A stretch of DNA of 64,000 nt from the NCBI GenBank assembly GCA_000320545.1, contig ADNK01000490.1, forward strand, positions 62,001-126,000, written 5' to 3'. The translations under genes were made by a program, and so were the position numbers. The notes beneath the pieces are model-generated. The model saw only the letters and a list, made by a program, of their open reading frames with translations, had not been told where the DNA came from and did not search any database. The stretch comes from Bigelowiella natans CCMP2755. Taxonomy: Eukaryota > Protista > Cercozoa. Shown in pieces: positions 40,960 to 59,685 of this stretch. Position 1 is the stretch's first letter, and every line of letters begins with the position of its first letter.

Positions 40960-42021
40960 TTAAACCTTATATTTGTGAAGGTTTTCAGTCGTCCAGTAGC
41001 CAGAAACCTTACTATTTGGAACGGAAGAACCTTTTTAAAGTTTTAGGTTAACTAACATCGTGCTGTAACTCATCTATCCAGAACTTATCAAGTTACCCAT
41101 TCCCACGGAACATGTTGGATTCTCACATGAGCCTGGGTTGAAGCAAAATGGACACACATGTTCCTCCATGCATCCTGGTTAAGCAATAAAACCATCTTTA
41201 TTTACAAAAAGTTTCGAATTGCTAATTCCCCCCTCTATGAGCAGCTGAGAGCAACAGGTCTTACTACCACATTTCATCATTCCTCCTGCACAGCCCTCGC
41301 ATAAACTCCCGAGACAGTCGGGGCAGAAATTCCATAACATGATGGAGGAATCCACGAATACTAAGACATATATCATTGAATGGGTAATCACAGGCAGATA
41401 TAGAAATATTGGTGTGTGCTTCTACATCTTGTTGGGGGTATCTCGTCCTGGCCTCGCTCCTGCAATTCCTCATTTGTGCAGTCGAAGCACAAGCTACTTT
41501 CGCATCTATAGCACACAACTTTCATCATGGAATTGTCAGTCAGGTGATGGGCTCTACATTCCATAGCCTACCGAGTATGGCATGCAATGCAGTCGACAGA
41601 GATGAACTCCTAATGCACACATAGGAACGAATGAGTTCGGGCAGATCAGGCGACACAACTTCGAGCAAATTCACCTCATACTCATCCACACGACTGCATT
41701 TATCACAAACGCCACCGGCTACGTAATCCAAGATCAGAGTCACTAAGCCTGAACATATCGTCATCGTTGGCGAGCAGGTACGTGAAGGAACAATGTACAA
41801 TGTGGAGCACCTTGATGAGCCACGTTATGACCTAGCGCATCTTGAATCGTCAACACAAGTTTTTTATGCACTACAGGTTCGAGGCTCATGATGACGATGA
41901 GCAAGTTTGGACCTATTCCTTCCCCTCTTCCACTTGTCACGACTCGCACGTACGTACTTCGGTTGCTTGCAGGAGAAGAACCTGTGCTCTCTTTGGACAA
42001 AACACAGTTGAATTTTGACAT
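40960..42021 (-). CDS. Small cysteine-rich (multiple CxxC) putative zinc-binding protein with short introns
   Basis: In-phase exons give LVTLILDYVAGGVCDKC, CIACHTRCESSLCFDC, FCPDCLGSLCEGC and KCGCMEEHVCPFCFNPGSCENPTC. The 5' exon is uncertain. Confidence 0.55.
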
Positions 42022-42053
42022 GCGACACGACCTCAGCTGCTGCAATTTTTATA

Positions 42054-43260
42054 GAATTTTTGCCTGTGTGACGTGATGGGTGAGCACACTCATGATCCTT
42101 CAAGATCCCCTCATTGGAATCACTTCATTCATTCATTCTTTCATTCAACCTGAATCGTTCGGCTGGCGGATGCGAAATTTGGTTGGTTGGCTTGTTCATT
42201 GCAAAGGAGGTGGAGCACGTTGAGCACCGAAAGAAAAAGAAGAAGAAAGAAAGAAAGAAACTTTGTAGTTCAACTGCGTTTCCAAAGTTTTGCATGAAAA
42301 AGAGTGAAACATTGAAACATCGAAACCTTGAAACGTTGATTGCAATGCGACACTCAACACGATGCACAGACAGCACGCTGCACTCCAGCACTCCCAGCGC
42401 GATGAAAGCACCTCGAACAATGGGTGAACGAGTGAATTGTGAACGAACGACTTCACGCGTGTTTCCAGTGATCAATCGCACGCCACTGGCACCAACATTG
42501 ATCGTCGCATCGCATCGTGCGTCACGGCTGCGCGCCGTCCACCATGCGCGTCTTGTCATTGTGCTTTGCTTGCATGGCTGGTTGGCATCGATTGCATCAA
42601 TGTGGTCCTGCGCCAGCTAGATCGACTCTGTCGACTCGTGGCCACGACTGCAGACACGATGTGCACAGTGCACACATCGCATGTGATCATTGTGTACATG
42701 CAGTGTGGCACACATCTACTAGTCTAGTAGCTAGCTACGTGCAGTGCAACTGTGCAACACACATTGCTAATTGCCATATTGCGCACGTGAGATCGACCGA
42801 TGTGATGTGATCAATGCAAGCTTTGCAATTTGATCAATGGTCATAGATGGTCATGTCATCTTGATTGACTGATGACGTACAGTTGAACAGTGCACAATGT
42901 GCACCTTGTCGATCCATTGTCACGCAGCATGCTAGCATGTATCGCATCATTGTGAGATGTGCAACCAGCTTGATAATCTTGGCTAGTGGAGCTGCAGCCA
43001 CGTGCTCGCTCACGCAGGTGAACTAGCTTGCAATGTATGTGCTCCCAGCGAATTGACGTATGAACACGAAGCATGAGCGAGGTGTATAACAGTGCATGCA
43101 TGATGGGTCAACACTGCGGGTCGTGGCATAGCAGGGGACTTGCATTGTACTGCACTGGCCGTTGTACATTCACAGGTAATGTTACGTGTCGCGCGTGTGG
43201 CATGTGCAAAGTCATGGCATTCATGCATGATCTTCGTTTGTTAAGCTAAGGATGAACTAA
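42054..43260. other. TpA-depleted then CTAG-enriched intergenic tract
   Basis: One TA (GTAG) in 42054-42617 with abundant CG, followed by CTAG/GCATGC-rich sequence. Confidence 0.92.
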
Positions 43261-43593
43261 CATAAAGAAATCATCTAGTAGCACAATAAGCATTAGGATA
43301 CATTGTGTGAGATATTAATCAATTGCAACTCGGCGTAGATCGTTGAGAGGTTTTTACTACAAAAAAACCGTCACGCCATATCTGCCGGCTATCGGTCATA
43401 AGCTAAGTGCACCAATCGACAACACTTAATTATTGAGCGAAGGGAAGTGAAAGATTGTTTCTGCTTCTTACTGGTGATAATCTATGACGATTTTCACTTG
43501 TGGTGAAATATCGAATGTCACAAAAGATTGAGATTTTGCAACGTAAATTAAGATTAAATAAAAAGCTGCAGCAAATAGAGCTAGCTTGGTGGA

Positions 43594-44211
43594 CTACCGT
43601 CTCTCGAAGTCGTACTCTCTTGATTTCTTATTTTGACTATAGTTATGCGGCGACGTTGATTCTAAATGACTCCACGACTCACTCTCGTTTTCTATGCTGG
43701 ATCGAGACTTTCGTCGTATCAAAAACTTATAGAATTTTGGTATTGGTAATTCAGATGACGCCCCCTCATCTTGAGGGGCTTCGTTTCTCTCACTTTCCGC
43801 TATGTTGACATTGAGAGTTTCTTCTCGTGATGGTACGGAACCCTTAGGAGATGATACTTTTCGATAGTGTTGATATTCCCTCAGTGTCTGGGACTTTTTC
43901 TGTAGTTGTCGCTGGAGCTTATGAATTTCAGTTGCGAGCTTGTTCTCCCGCAATACTTGCCGTCTAAAAAAATAGGGAAATGTGTTGTTTTAGCTAATCT
44001 GTTTTAACAGCTGTCTATACAAAAAACATTTGTTTTCCAAGATGAACACGTTAAAATTAATGTGATACCGAACATGGGCTTCTAATTTTAGTTTTTTGTC
44101 TGAGTCTCTATCCGCCGGAAGAGTTGGCCGTTGCCATATGGTGAGGGCACAGCACGTCACGATAAGACCCACCACGAATAGAATTGCTGCGACAACACGA
44201 GAATTGAGCAT
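43594..44211 (-). CDS. Small signal-anchored coiled-coil protein of unknown function
   Basis: MLNSRVVAAILFVVGLIVTCCALTIW (transmembrane-like), one intron, then RENKLATEIHKLQRQLQKK. Confidence 0.5.
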
Positions 44212-45358
44212 CGCTATCAAGAATCTATGACATTGGTTGGATAAGCTCGTACCAGTCAGCAGGTGCATGGCCATGCCTTGATGTCGAAGCCAGCTCACTA
44301 TCCCAAAGGAGGATAGAGTACCTAGGATTCGGCACCGACTGACTGCCCCTCTTTCTCAAACAATGCCTCGTTCTCTCTTTCGGTGCTGCTCCTAAGTACT
44401 CCTAAACAGCTCACGGGGGGGAATCCATGGAGGACGACATAGACTCTACGATTGGCGGCGTTATTAGCAGTTACAACTCGTAGTTTACAATGTCAGTGAC
44501 GGACAACAATAAATAACAGACCATTTCTTGCATTAATTTACTGTTTTTTAGTACCTGTGGATCCACGTGATTGTTGTCAGTGCAAATAGATCTAGATCTA
44601 GTTAAAAATACATCGTAGTTTCCCCCCTGAAATCTTTTAAAAATCACTCTTCAGAAATCATATCTAATGGATGATATCCGGATTACCAGAAATATTTCTT
44701 CACAAAAAATAAGGTATTTTCCGGAAGAACATCTGGCCAAATAATACATGTACATTTAGTCTACGCTCATACCTGGACTACGAGCTCATTAAAATTTGAA
44801 CCTTCTCGGCAATAACCTGGGTTTGGGTTCCGAACTTGTGGGATAAAATGAAGCGAACAGCGAACTGCCAACTGGTCCCAATTTTTCCCATGTTTCTACA
44901 ACAAGGTCTGCAGATCTACGAGCTTAGAGAAGATGAATTGTAACTACTTATTCCGTCCATTCAAAAAAGTTGCATCCTCGCTTATTGCATAGAAATAAGA
45001 TGAAAATTTTATGTGCGACAAAGGAATAGAGCTTAATTTGTTAGGAAACCCAGAGAAACCACAGACGAACAGTCAAACGGAATGGCGTCGATCACGTAGG
45101 AGGTTGGCCTAGAGTCGGTTTACATCGATGTTGGGGATGGTTTTTTGAGTGTGGGAATCTAATAGTTAAGATAGAATTTCTGCTCTCCTATTCATACGCC
45201 ATGAAGAAGGGGAGGATTGGATATCTTTTGTTGCAGCCGTAGTGGAGTCACGTGCTCATTCATAGTTTTCCAATTACTTATTTGGACCACAGACGCGTCT
45301 TGGGCTGACGCGTTGATTCCTGGCATAGAGATAACTGGCTTACGGAAGGAAGATTTCA

Positions 45359-48300
45359 ATGCCATTCTTCTCCCCATCTTCCTCCATGGAGGGACCCCTA
45401 CCGAGGGAAGGCGGGGAATTCCAATCGAATGAGGACCTTTTGCCCTTAGCCCTTCAACATCGACCACCTCCTATCGGGCAATCTGAACTTGAAGGAAGTG
45501 ATTCTGAATCAGACAGTGAAGCTCTTGAAAGGGGATGGGAAATAGAAAAGAATGACATTTTTCGAAGAAATGATAAGCCGTTGGGGGATGAGATGCTCGC
45601 GTTGATGTGTTCGGGAAGAATACAAGGATGGGGTAACGCATCTTCCTTCTATCTTCTAAGTCGTATTTTCAATGATATTATCTACTTCTTTAAATATTGC
45701 GACACAGAGCCTGATGATGACGATTTCGCCGGTCATTTCCCCGGTGAAACGGAAGAGGATTTTGACGAACGTCAGGATATCAAAGCTTTCAAGCCTGTTT
45801 TGTGTGCCTATACAATTAAGGAAATGCTGCTGAAAGCTGGAGCGGTACCCTAGAAACGAGACGCTAGAACTGATACAATAAAACAATGAAGGCTTATCCA
45901 ATTGACAAAATGAATTGTTGTTATATCTAGCCTCGAAAGAGAAGTGTGGGGAATACGACGGGGCGCAATGCATCCCCGGCATTTGGCTTCGGGAGATATA
46001 ACTCAGCACACAACAACAACATTCAATCGAAATCCACCCCAGAGGACGAGGGTCTCTCTGAGGATCTGAAGGAAGCAGTGGAGCGGCTGCATTGCGTAGA
46101 TCTTGATTTTAGAATACGAGGAAAAGACCAGGTTGGAATATTTTTTTTTATGCGTGTTGTCGGTGGTTTTTAGTAGCTACAGCAGTGGACTTGTAGGGAA
46201 CTTCTGAAATCTCTGATAAATAACTTGTTGCAGGCAATGCGTTTTGGAAACGTTGTTCCGACATCCATCTTTAGTTTTAAAAACATGAAAGCTTTCCCCA
46301 ATGCCTCAAGTTCTCTCGCGGGCACTTACTTTGGGTGGTCGTATTGGTTGAACTAGCTAAATTTCATCCTTCTAATAGACGTATTGTCTCACAAGCAACA
46401 ACGCCGACACTTTTTTGATCTTCTCCCTGCTGCTTCCAGGTTCAAGATAAAGGGGGTATTCAAGAGCGACTCTGATGGGCGAAAGCATCTAGATATAAAT
46501 TTTCTCTTTCCGAAGCCAACAAACCTCGACGCCGCTGGTCTGCTATGTGCATTGTATAATGATAAAAAAAAAATGTTTCTCGTGGCAAACAAAAAGACAA
46601 AGTTGTCTCCAGTGAGTCTTTATCATTTAATTCGCATTCTGTCGCTTGTTGTCATCTTTTCTTTGCACGTATGGATCGATCGACCGTAAGAGAGAAGGGT
46701 TCTCCACCTAACCTTTCCTGGCATTTGCTAAATTTATGTGATCGGTTCCTGAAGTAGGTATGGTTTTCAGGTTTTACTAGAAAAGCCCTGCTAAGCGGAC
46801 GACTTCCAGCCAGGGAGAGGACGCGCAGGAGACCACCCCCTCAGCAAGGGGGGGGCGCTAGCGCTACTACTACCGCGCAAAGGCGAAGATCTAAATCGAG
46901 GGCAAGATCAAAGTCGAGGAACCGAAATGCAGACTTGAGAAAGAAGGTAGTCAGTAGCAGTTTCGAGGAGTGATAAAGTGATGTCATGATATTCCGAAAT
47001 TGTCCTCGAAATGTGGAACGAACTCGCCGATGGTATTTATTTTCTTGGAAGTCGATCCTTGGCTATGTTGTAATGGCAGTATTAGTAGTAGGAAAGATGA
47101 CATTTCGAACTAGAACCGTTATAGCGAAGAAGGCGATGGTGAAAAGCATACTTCAACTTCCTACCAATCTGCCGTTAGTGACACATTTGTAAAACTGCGG
47201 AGGAGGAAGGGAGGAGCCCTTTCCTCCTCCGCCATCGTTTCGTTGAAGTTTGATTGATTTACAAGCCTTATTACGTGCTGCTTCTCCCATAGGTTGCTGC
47301 TGTTGATTCCGTCGATCTAGCTAAGAAGGGAGAATCACAAATGCGGTATTAGCAAACTACTTAGAGAGAGAGGAGAAGAAGAAGAAGAAGAATAAGAAGT
47401 GTCAGAGCATTGATGTCACAACGATGATGGGGCTGATAATGTTGATGATGATGTACTCTTTGTACCCTCTCCCTCGTAATCTCTTCTCATTTGCCTTACT
47501 ACTACCGCAACAACTACCTCAACAACAACAACGACGACGACGACGACAACAAAATGGATAGAAATCGGAAAGCAAGATTTGAAATTCTAAAATAATTTGT
47601 CCCGATTGTTCGACTTAAAATACTCTTTCCCCTTGAACCAGGGAATGGCTTGAGCGAAAGAATGCCAGGAAGATGAAAAGGTCTTATTATCCCTACGATC
47701 ATTTCTCTGTACTACTACCGCAACGCATTGTTTGCAATCTCCTACGTACATTAAGACCTTGGTGATGTTTTCTTTCCTGCGACACGGCATTGTAAGACAG
47801 AAGTCAGCCGTCTTTGCAGTACCGTTTTAGAAGACGTCGTAAATATCTTTGTTCTGAATGTTTTGAAGCCGAAATTCAACTAGTATCTTGCTCGTCTTAA
47901 CGCTTCTCGTTCGTACGAATTATTTGTGCTACTGCAAAGATGGGGACGACCTTCGGCCTACAAGACGTTACCGGCACACGAAGTATCTCAAGATCAAGTA
48001 AGCAGTACTAGTTGTTGTGTTGTTGTTCAACAACTTGGCCATGCTATGGATAGATGGACTGCTTTTTTTGGTTTTGATAAATAATACATCTACAGTCTCT
48101 TTTATCCCTCGTTTCCTCTTTTCCTCCTCCTCCTCCTCCTCCTCCTCCTCCTTCTCATGGTATGATTTGAGTGACATCACCCACCATCGTGTACTGCTGC
48201 TACGTAGGATACTCAAATAGAAGCTGACCGGTTGATAACGAGAATCGTGAAGAATCAAAACACCACTAGAGGCACGCCCAGAGGAGGTAAGAAAATCATT

Positions 48301-49618
48301 GCTCATCATCGCAAACCATGTCAAATGCGTGCAGCACATACCTTTCACGAATTGATAATGCGAACACATTGGATCTTTTCCGGTGGCAAAAAATATGTAT
48401 ATCTTATGTAGAGACTGCCATCGGTCCTACCTGCATATGCAATACATTGATTCAATCCGAAAGGAGGGGATTTGTTTTACTCTGTTTCATTTTCAAAATT
48501 AAAAAATTTCTGTAAGCATGCATGGCGTGCATTTTCTCATCATCCCGAAGAACTAACTCTAATCGTTTAATATTGGTCTCGCGTTCGTCGTTGTGACCAC
48601 CATCACAATCGCAGCGACTGGTAGGGGCTATACTCATAACTACCTCAACTACGTCAATGCACAGCAGCAGCAGCAGCAGCAGCAAAAACAACTCTCAGAT
48701 AGCCGAGCTGGGGGAGCAGACAAAAAGCCGAAGCGAACCCTCGGCAAATCCCCGAGAAGAGACCAAAATCATCAAAACCAAAATGCTGCTGGCAAAAATA
48801 GAAGCAGCCATCACCAAGCTACCACTTCAACAACAACTACACCTACTACTACAACCACTACTACTAGTACTACTACTGCTAAAAGTGGTGACCAACAGCA
48901 GCAGCATCCACGTCCCCCCAAGGAGAAAAGGAAGAATCGATTCACAACGGGGGCACGGGTAAGATCAGGTAGTATGGTCAGAGGCCAGAGGAGAAAGCAT
49001 AGAAGCAATACCAGCAGTAGCAATCGGTCAAGCAGTAGCAACGGTAGTAGTAACGGTGGTGGTGGTGGTAGCGGTCGTAGTAGTAGCAGGAGAGCTGCTG
49101 ACACGCAAGGCGATGTTTACTACAAAGCTATAATACCAAGAGCCATATCGATGGGCGTTGGGCACAACGAAAATAGCAGCTACAACAACAGCAATTGCCT
49201 TGCAGGGGGGGAGGGTGGCCCTGCCGCTGCCGCTGCTAGGGGATGCAATGTGGAGGCCAAGGGAAGAAGCTCTACCCCCCCTTACAACCACCCTTTCCAC
49301 CTGAAAACGGATAGTACTGCAACTAATAGTGACACGAATGGCATTACCACGGAGGCAGCAGCAGCAGCAGCAGCATCAGAAATGCCTAAAAGTGGGAGGG
49401 TCGCTAGCTTGAATTTCAATTCGATCCCCAAATGGGACAACTACAATTTTGTGGCTGGAGGAGGAGGAAGTGCTTCTCAGAAGCATCTTCACGAGCAAAA
49501 TACGCCTTCTAGTGGTGGGAGGGTCAAACAAAAATATCAGCAACACCAACAACATCGCTCTGCCACTCTTGCCGCCGCTCGAAAGCCATACACCCGCCTC
49601 AAAGGTTTGATGTGGAAG

Positions 49619-49659
<41 letters not shown>

Positions 49660-50228
49660 TGTAGAGAGAGAGAGAGAAAGAGGAAGAGAGAGATTGATTG
49701 ATCCACAGCTTCGTTATCCTTCCTTTCAATATCGTGGCCAGATCAACCCGCAGGAGGCAAATCAGCCGCCACAGCAACAGCAACTGCCACAGGGTATTGC
49801 AGTGTATTGTATTGTACTGAATAGCCATTATTAGGCTACTCAGTTTGATGATGATGATGATGACGATGATGGACGATGACTGCCACAAAGAAACAATATC
49901 GAGATAGATGCGAGACGACAGCATGTCTTTGCTTTTGCTTACATATCTGTTTGTGCTAGTACTTGTACTCCACGGGGCAGGCCATCATCGTTATCGTCAT
50001 CATCCTCCGAGATGTACGCTTACGCCTCAAAAGGGGGGGGACCACCATCTGGGCGGAAGCATCAGCAGCAACAGGCTCCTATAAATCACCACTACAACCA
50101 TCGACAATATCTCCATCATCATCATTCTCCCGTATGTAACCTAACTTGTTTAATTTTCTCAAAGGGATCATGAGCACACACATATCTTTGTTTCTCACCT
50201 TGAATATGTGTCTCCTCTCCGTCATTGA

Positions 50229-50271
<43 letters not shown>

Positions 50272-50379
50272 CTCTCTCTCTCCTCTTCTTCTCTATTCTG
50301 TACGCCTCTCACCCGATAGATGAAGACGAAATACCAGCAGCATTCGGGCAAGTTTCCATCGCTCACAGGAGGCCACTCG

Positions 50380-50410
<31 letters not shown>

Positions 50411-50925
50411 CCTGCTACTGCTGCTCCTGCTGCTACCACTACTACTGCCAGTATTAGAAGCATCATCACAACTTGTTCGCAGTTATTCACTTACCAGGGA
50501 CTAAATATTCTTCATCATTATTTTAAGCAGCGCTAAATCCTCCATCGCCCATGTCTTGATCGGAAGGCAGCTTACCTCCGCGGTCTCGCTAGTAGTAATT
50601 AGTAGTTACTTCATGTGGAAATCTAAAAAAACAACCTCATCATCGGTTTACGAAGCTACATATTTTTGCCTAAAAATACAGAGAAAGGGTGCGCTCATTC
50701 GTCGCAAGAAGTGATGATTAACGTATTCTTCCTCATCCTCCTCCCATTGCTCAGGTGGATCGGATGGGACAATCGTCTATGGGGCTATCATCAAAGAAGC
50801 TTGCATCGAGGTTGTGCCTCCTGCTGCTCCTGCTGCTGCTACTAATGCCATTTGTTAGTTGATTAGGGACCGTTTGATTGATGTACTTCATTAAGTTCCC
50901 TTCGTTTCCTCATACCAATTTACCA

Positions 50926-50979
<54 letters not shown>

Positions 50980-51345
50980 ATATGTAAACACAAATCATCA
51001 TGCCGATTCCTCAGCGACAATGGCCACTCTGCCTCAACTTCTAGACTATTTAGGGGTAAGTATATTTCATCCAAATTTGATATGATCTTCGTTGGTGTGC
51101 CTCACCTCAATGACCGTAACAGCGCTACAAAATGACGTCAAATTACTTTCAGGTGCGAAATCCATTTCGACTGCAAAGCTACGATTTCTACCGAAAAGCC
51201 GTACAGACAGCACAGGAGGTAGTTCCTTCTCTGCAGATGCATTACCAGTAGTTGAACACATTTTCTTTTCATAGGCCGCTCAAAGGCTCGTTTGGAAAAG
51301 CGACAGCAAGAACTTTACAATGCTTTATTTAGAGACAAGACTTGA
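45359..51345 (+). CDS. Large multi-exon hypothetical protein with low-complexity Q/T/S/G regions (start uncertain; may be two genes)
   Basis: Chain of AG/GT-bounded open exons (45359-45631, ~45708-45845, 45930-46131, 46440-46611, 46772-46946, ~48612-49603). The last four exons join in phase and end at TGA 51343-51345. Confidence 0.4.
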
Positions 51346-51972
51346 CTTGATGCGCCACGAACTCGCCTGTCTCTGTTTACATAACAATGTATAAACCTGC
51401 AACCAAGTTCTCAATGAATTTGTTATAGTTCGCACATATGATATGCTTTACGTATGCTAGCATGGTGGTAAACCCAACTTACTCAAAGTCTTTAGCAATA
51501 TGATACACGCATACTAGCATAATGCTATGTCATTCTCGCAGGGAAATCTGCCTGGTTGCTTTGTTATGTTGGTTGAATTCCATTCGCTTGCATGGGCGAT
51601 GGTTGCGCAAAACGTACCGCTAGGCGTATAGCAACAGAATCTATTGCAATATCTAATTATAATGTGGATCGGATGTGCAACGCATGACCTAACTAAGCGA
51701 GGCGTTGCTTGCCAGCCCCTAGCCAGCCACCATGCACGTAGCACAGCAACTTAAACTTAGTTTGGATCGTCCCGCGCGTGAATGACACGATGCGCGCATT
51801 TACACATACATGTGATGCATATCCATAACTAGATAATGCAATCAGTCGCATTATTGATTAAATACTGCTCCGCATTGATTAAATCTACGCAATGCCACGC
51901 ACACGCGTGTTTAGTCCACGTCGCTGTCGTCAGATTTTAAAAATTATCGTGAATGCTAACGCAGCCCAAATT

Positions 51973-57079
<5,107 letters not shown>

Positions 57080-57359
57080 TTAAAGTGAAAAGCATTCTCA
57101 TTGTGGGTGTTCGTTGCTTCCAAATCCTGAGTCAAAATCTCGAACTACCATGCTCACCACTTCCCCATTCTACCATCCCATCACTAGCTAAACTCGGTCC
57201 ATATACCCATCAAGGTAGAGGGTGTGCGGACAACAGTGCTTTGTTATCAGCGTGGCAGGCAGATCTGTCGTTGGTCGCTATGCTGTTCCCGATTCTTCTT
57301 TTCTTCTCGATTTTTTACCTGTGACAAACGTAAATTGTTGTCGTTTCATTGCCTTAAAG

Positions 57360-58650
57360 AATCGAAACAATTCCAGATTTTCGTTCTGCGACACTGGATT
57401 GATTCCTCCTTCTCTCACCTCCTCGTTGCCGACGTGTGTTTGACGGAATCACTTCTTGCTGCGTCCTCGCAGCCATGCGCGTCAATTTTGCCCATGCTGG
57501 TTTTCACACCAGAGAGTCCTCATTGTTTTCAGCTCGAGGCACTACATTTCGCACTTTGCTAGTGTCATGCAATGGTTGGAAATGTGGTCGATCAACAAAG
57601 TTTCTTTCTTTCACGATCGACAGAGCTTCCACATCGACCTTTTGTCAAGTCCCCACGTCCGGTCTACGTTGAGTGCATGGCTGCTCCGCTTTCCCAGCTG
57701 CTTGAGGCGCGACCACTTTGTCAGAAGTGCGTTTGTGCACGTCTTGTTGGAGTGTCGAAGTGAACACGAATTGACGACCTTGAACCTTTCAGCCTTGGAT
57801 CTTGACTTTGACACTTTGGCACGTTGCACCGCGCTGGGCCATTTGGAATCACTTCACTCATTCATTGATTTACCTGTTCATGGTTGCCGCTTCTTCTCCT
57901 TCTTCTTCTTCTTCTTCTTCTTCTTCTTCTTCTGCTTCTTCATCATCTTCTTGATTGCAAAGCGCAAGGTGGAACTTGGTGCACTACTTTTTGTGGTTCT
58001 GTGAACGCAACAAACTGCAACATTCGAACCACTTGATTCGCGCACTCATCAATGGGATTCATCAGTCTCCAATCATTTGTTGTGTGAGTGATCGAATGGG
58101 TGATTTCCAACAGGATGCAGCACACACACATGCACAGTGCAGGCGAGCAGCAGGGGAATCATCAAACCCCAACGGGCTAGCGGGTGTGAGATGTGAGACC
58201 AAGTTGCCTGGGAGGGGACCGTTCACGTCTGAGTCGCCACAGCAACATCTAGAACATAACCATGCACAGGCAGGAAACAAACTTGCGGCACTCCATCTCT
58301 CTTGTCAATGCTTTTGAACATGCACGCACGATCTGGATCATGCTAGCATGCATGGCTGGCTCGGATGAGTCGTATTTTGATCGAATGAGCATCGCAAGAT
58401 GCGAGCCCGTGCTAGTTTCAGTAGATCACAACATGCGATGTAGCTAGGAAAAACTATGCCTAGATGTAAACATCACTTTGGATTGATGAGACTAACTTTC
58501 TTCTGTAACCATGCAAAAAATACATGAAAAACATCAATGACAATGGTTTATGCCGCGTGTCTAGTTCGACTCTTGCTGCAGCATGCTACCCCATGAAGTG
58601 GATGCTCGAATGCGAGTTGCTCGAAACCTAGTTTGTCCATGAAATTGGTC
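57360..58650. other. TpA-depleted then CTAG-enriched intergenic tract
   Basis: About 8 TAs in 57360-58340, 6 of them CTA/CTAG (manual count). Confidence 0.9.
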
Positions 58651-58700
58651 TTTGGTGTCAGTGTCATAGATGATTAACTATTAGCACAAGTAGCGAGCTG

Positions 58701-59641
58701 CTATTCGAAGACTGCAGCGTATACCGGTCCCTGGACATACTTCGTTGGATCTCCAGAGCGATTCTGAATCAGTCCATACATTTGGCCATCAAATCCTCTG
58801 AAGTTTACCTGCAATCTCCGGTCGGGCCGCATTAGTACCGATGCAGCGCTTGTTGGAAAGGGGGCGTGATTGCTGAAATATTGCTTGTCACAGTCCGGGT
58901 CGGCGACGCAGCTGATGCACCACGGGCAGTCCTCTGGCGAGACTGCCGGACACATGCACGTACCCTCGCGCGCCTTGGAGAAGGAGAGAGGATCTTTCGG
59001 GTCTTGCTGATAGATTTGCCATAAGTCAATAAATTCCGACATTCGTGCGAATACTTCGATCTGCCCATTCGCATTCACGGCTGCCGCAGGGTCAGTGTCA
59101 AATGTTAGGGAAGCATTGGGAGTAAGACAATGCCATTTGCTGAACGGTACCGAGTCCGTTATCTGCACAGTTGAAGTGGAACGAATGAGATCGATGACAG
59201 CATCAATATCATGATTTTTATTGTAATTGTAAAATTTTAATCGTGTAATTTATACACATATACATGTGTGCATACGGCATTATACACGTACACCGCGATG
59301 TTCCGCACGAAAAATACAAGTGAAGTTTTGAATTTGCGCAGTTGTTACAAAAATATTCTGGAAGGAAACAAATAATATAAACTCAGTCGCTTATACTCGA
59401 AAACCACGAAGTAAGGAAGTTAGCTCACCTTTGAAGCGTTGCCTATCTGAAACTTGTGGAAGAGAGATTGGTTCTTTCCGAGCGCGAAAACGTGCAGGCC
59501 GTAATGCGGGTTAAATACTTGAGCCCATACTTGGTTCTCGATGTGAGATGGATCGAGAACAGAGTTGTTGTAAGCACTTTTATTTGCCCTCCCGACAGCG
59601 GCGAGGAAAGCGAAGAGGGTAGGCACTAGTCGCAGCGGCAT
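58701..59641 (-). CDS. Secreted protein with lectin-like beta-propeller blades (PLL/fucose-lectin-like repeats)
   Basis: Signal peptide MPLRLVPTLFAFLAAVGRA and intron 59163-59428. Three repeats: GLHVFALGKNQSLFHKFQ, GQIEVFARMSEFIDLWQIYQ and RRLQVNFRGFDGQMYGLIQ. Confidence 0.65.
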
Positions 59642-59685
59642 TGAACGGATGGATATTTTGGGAGATTATCCGAAGATCTCGATAA

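Noticed and set aside
42114-42620. Overlapping Cys/His-rich ORFs here and at 16.6-17.1, 34.0-34.8 and 57.2-58.3 kb
   Set aside because: Artefacts of TA loss, which removes TAA/TAG stops and Tyr codons. No recognisable domains.
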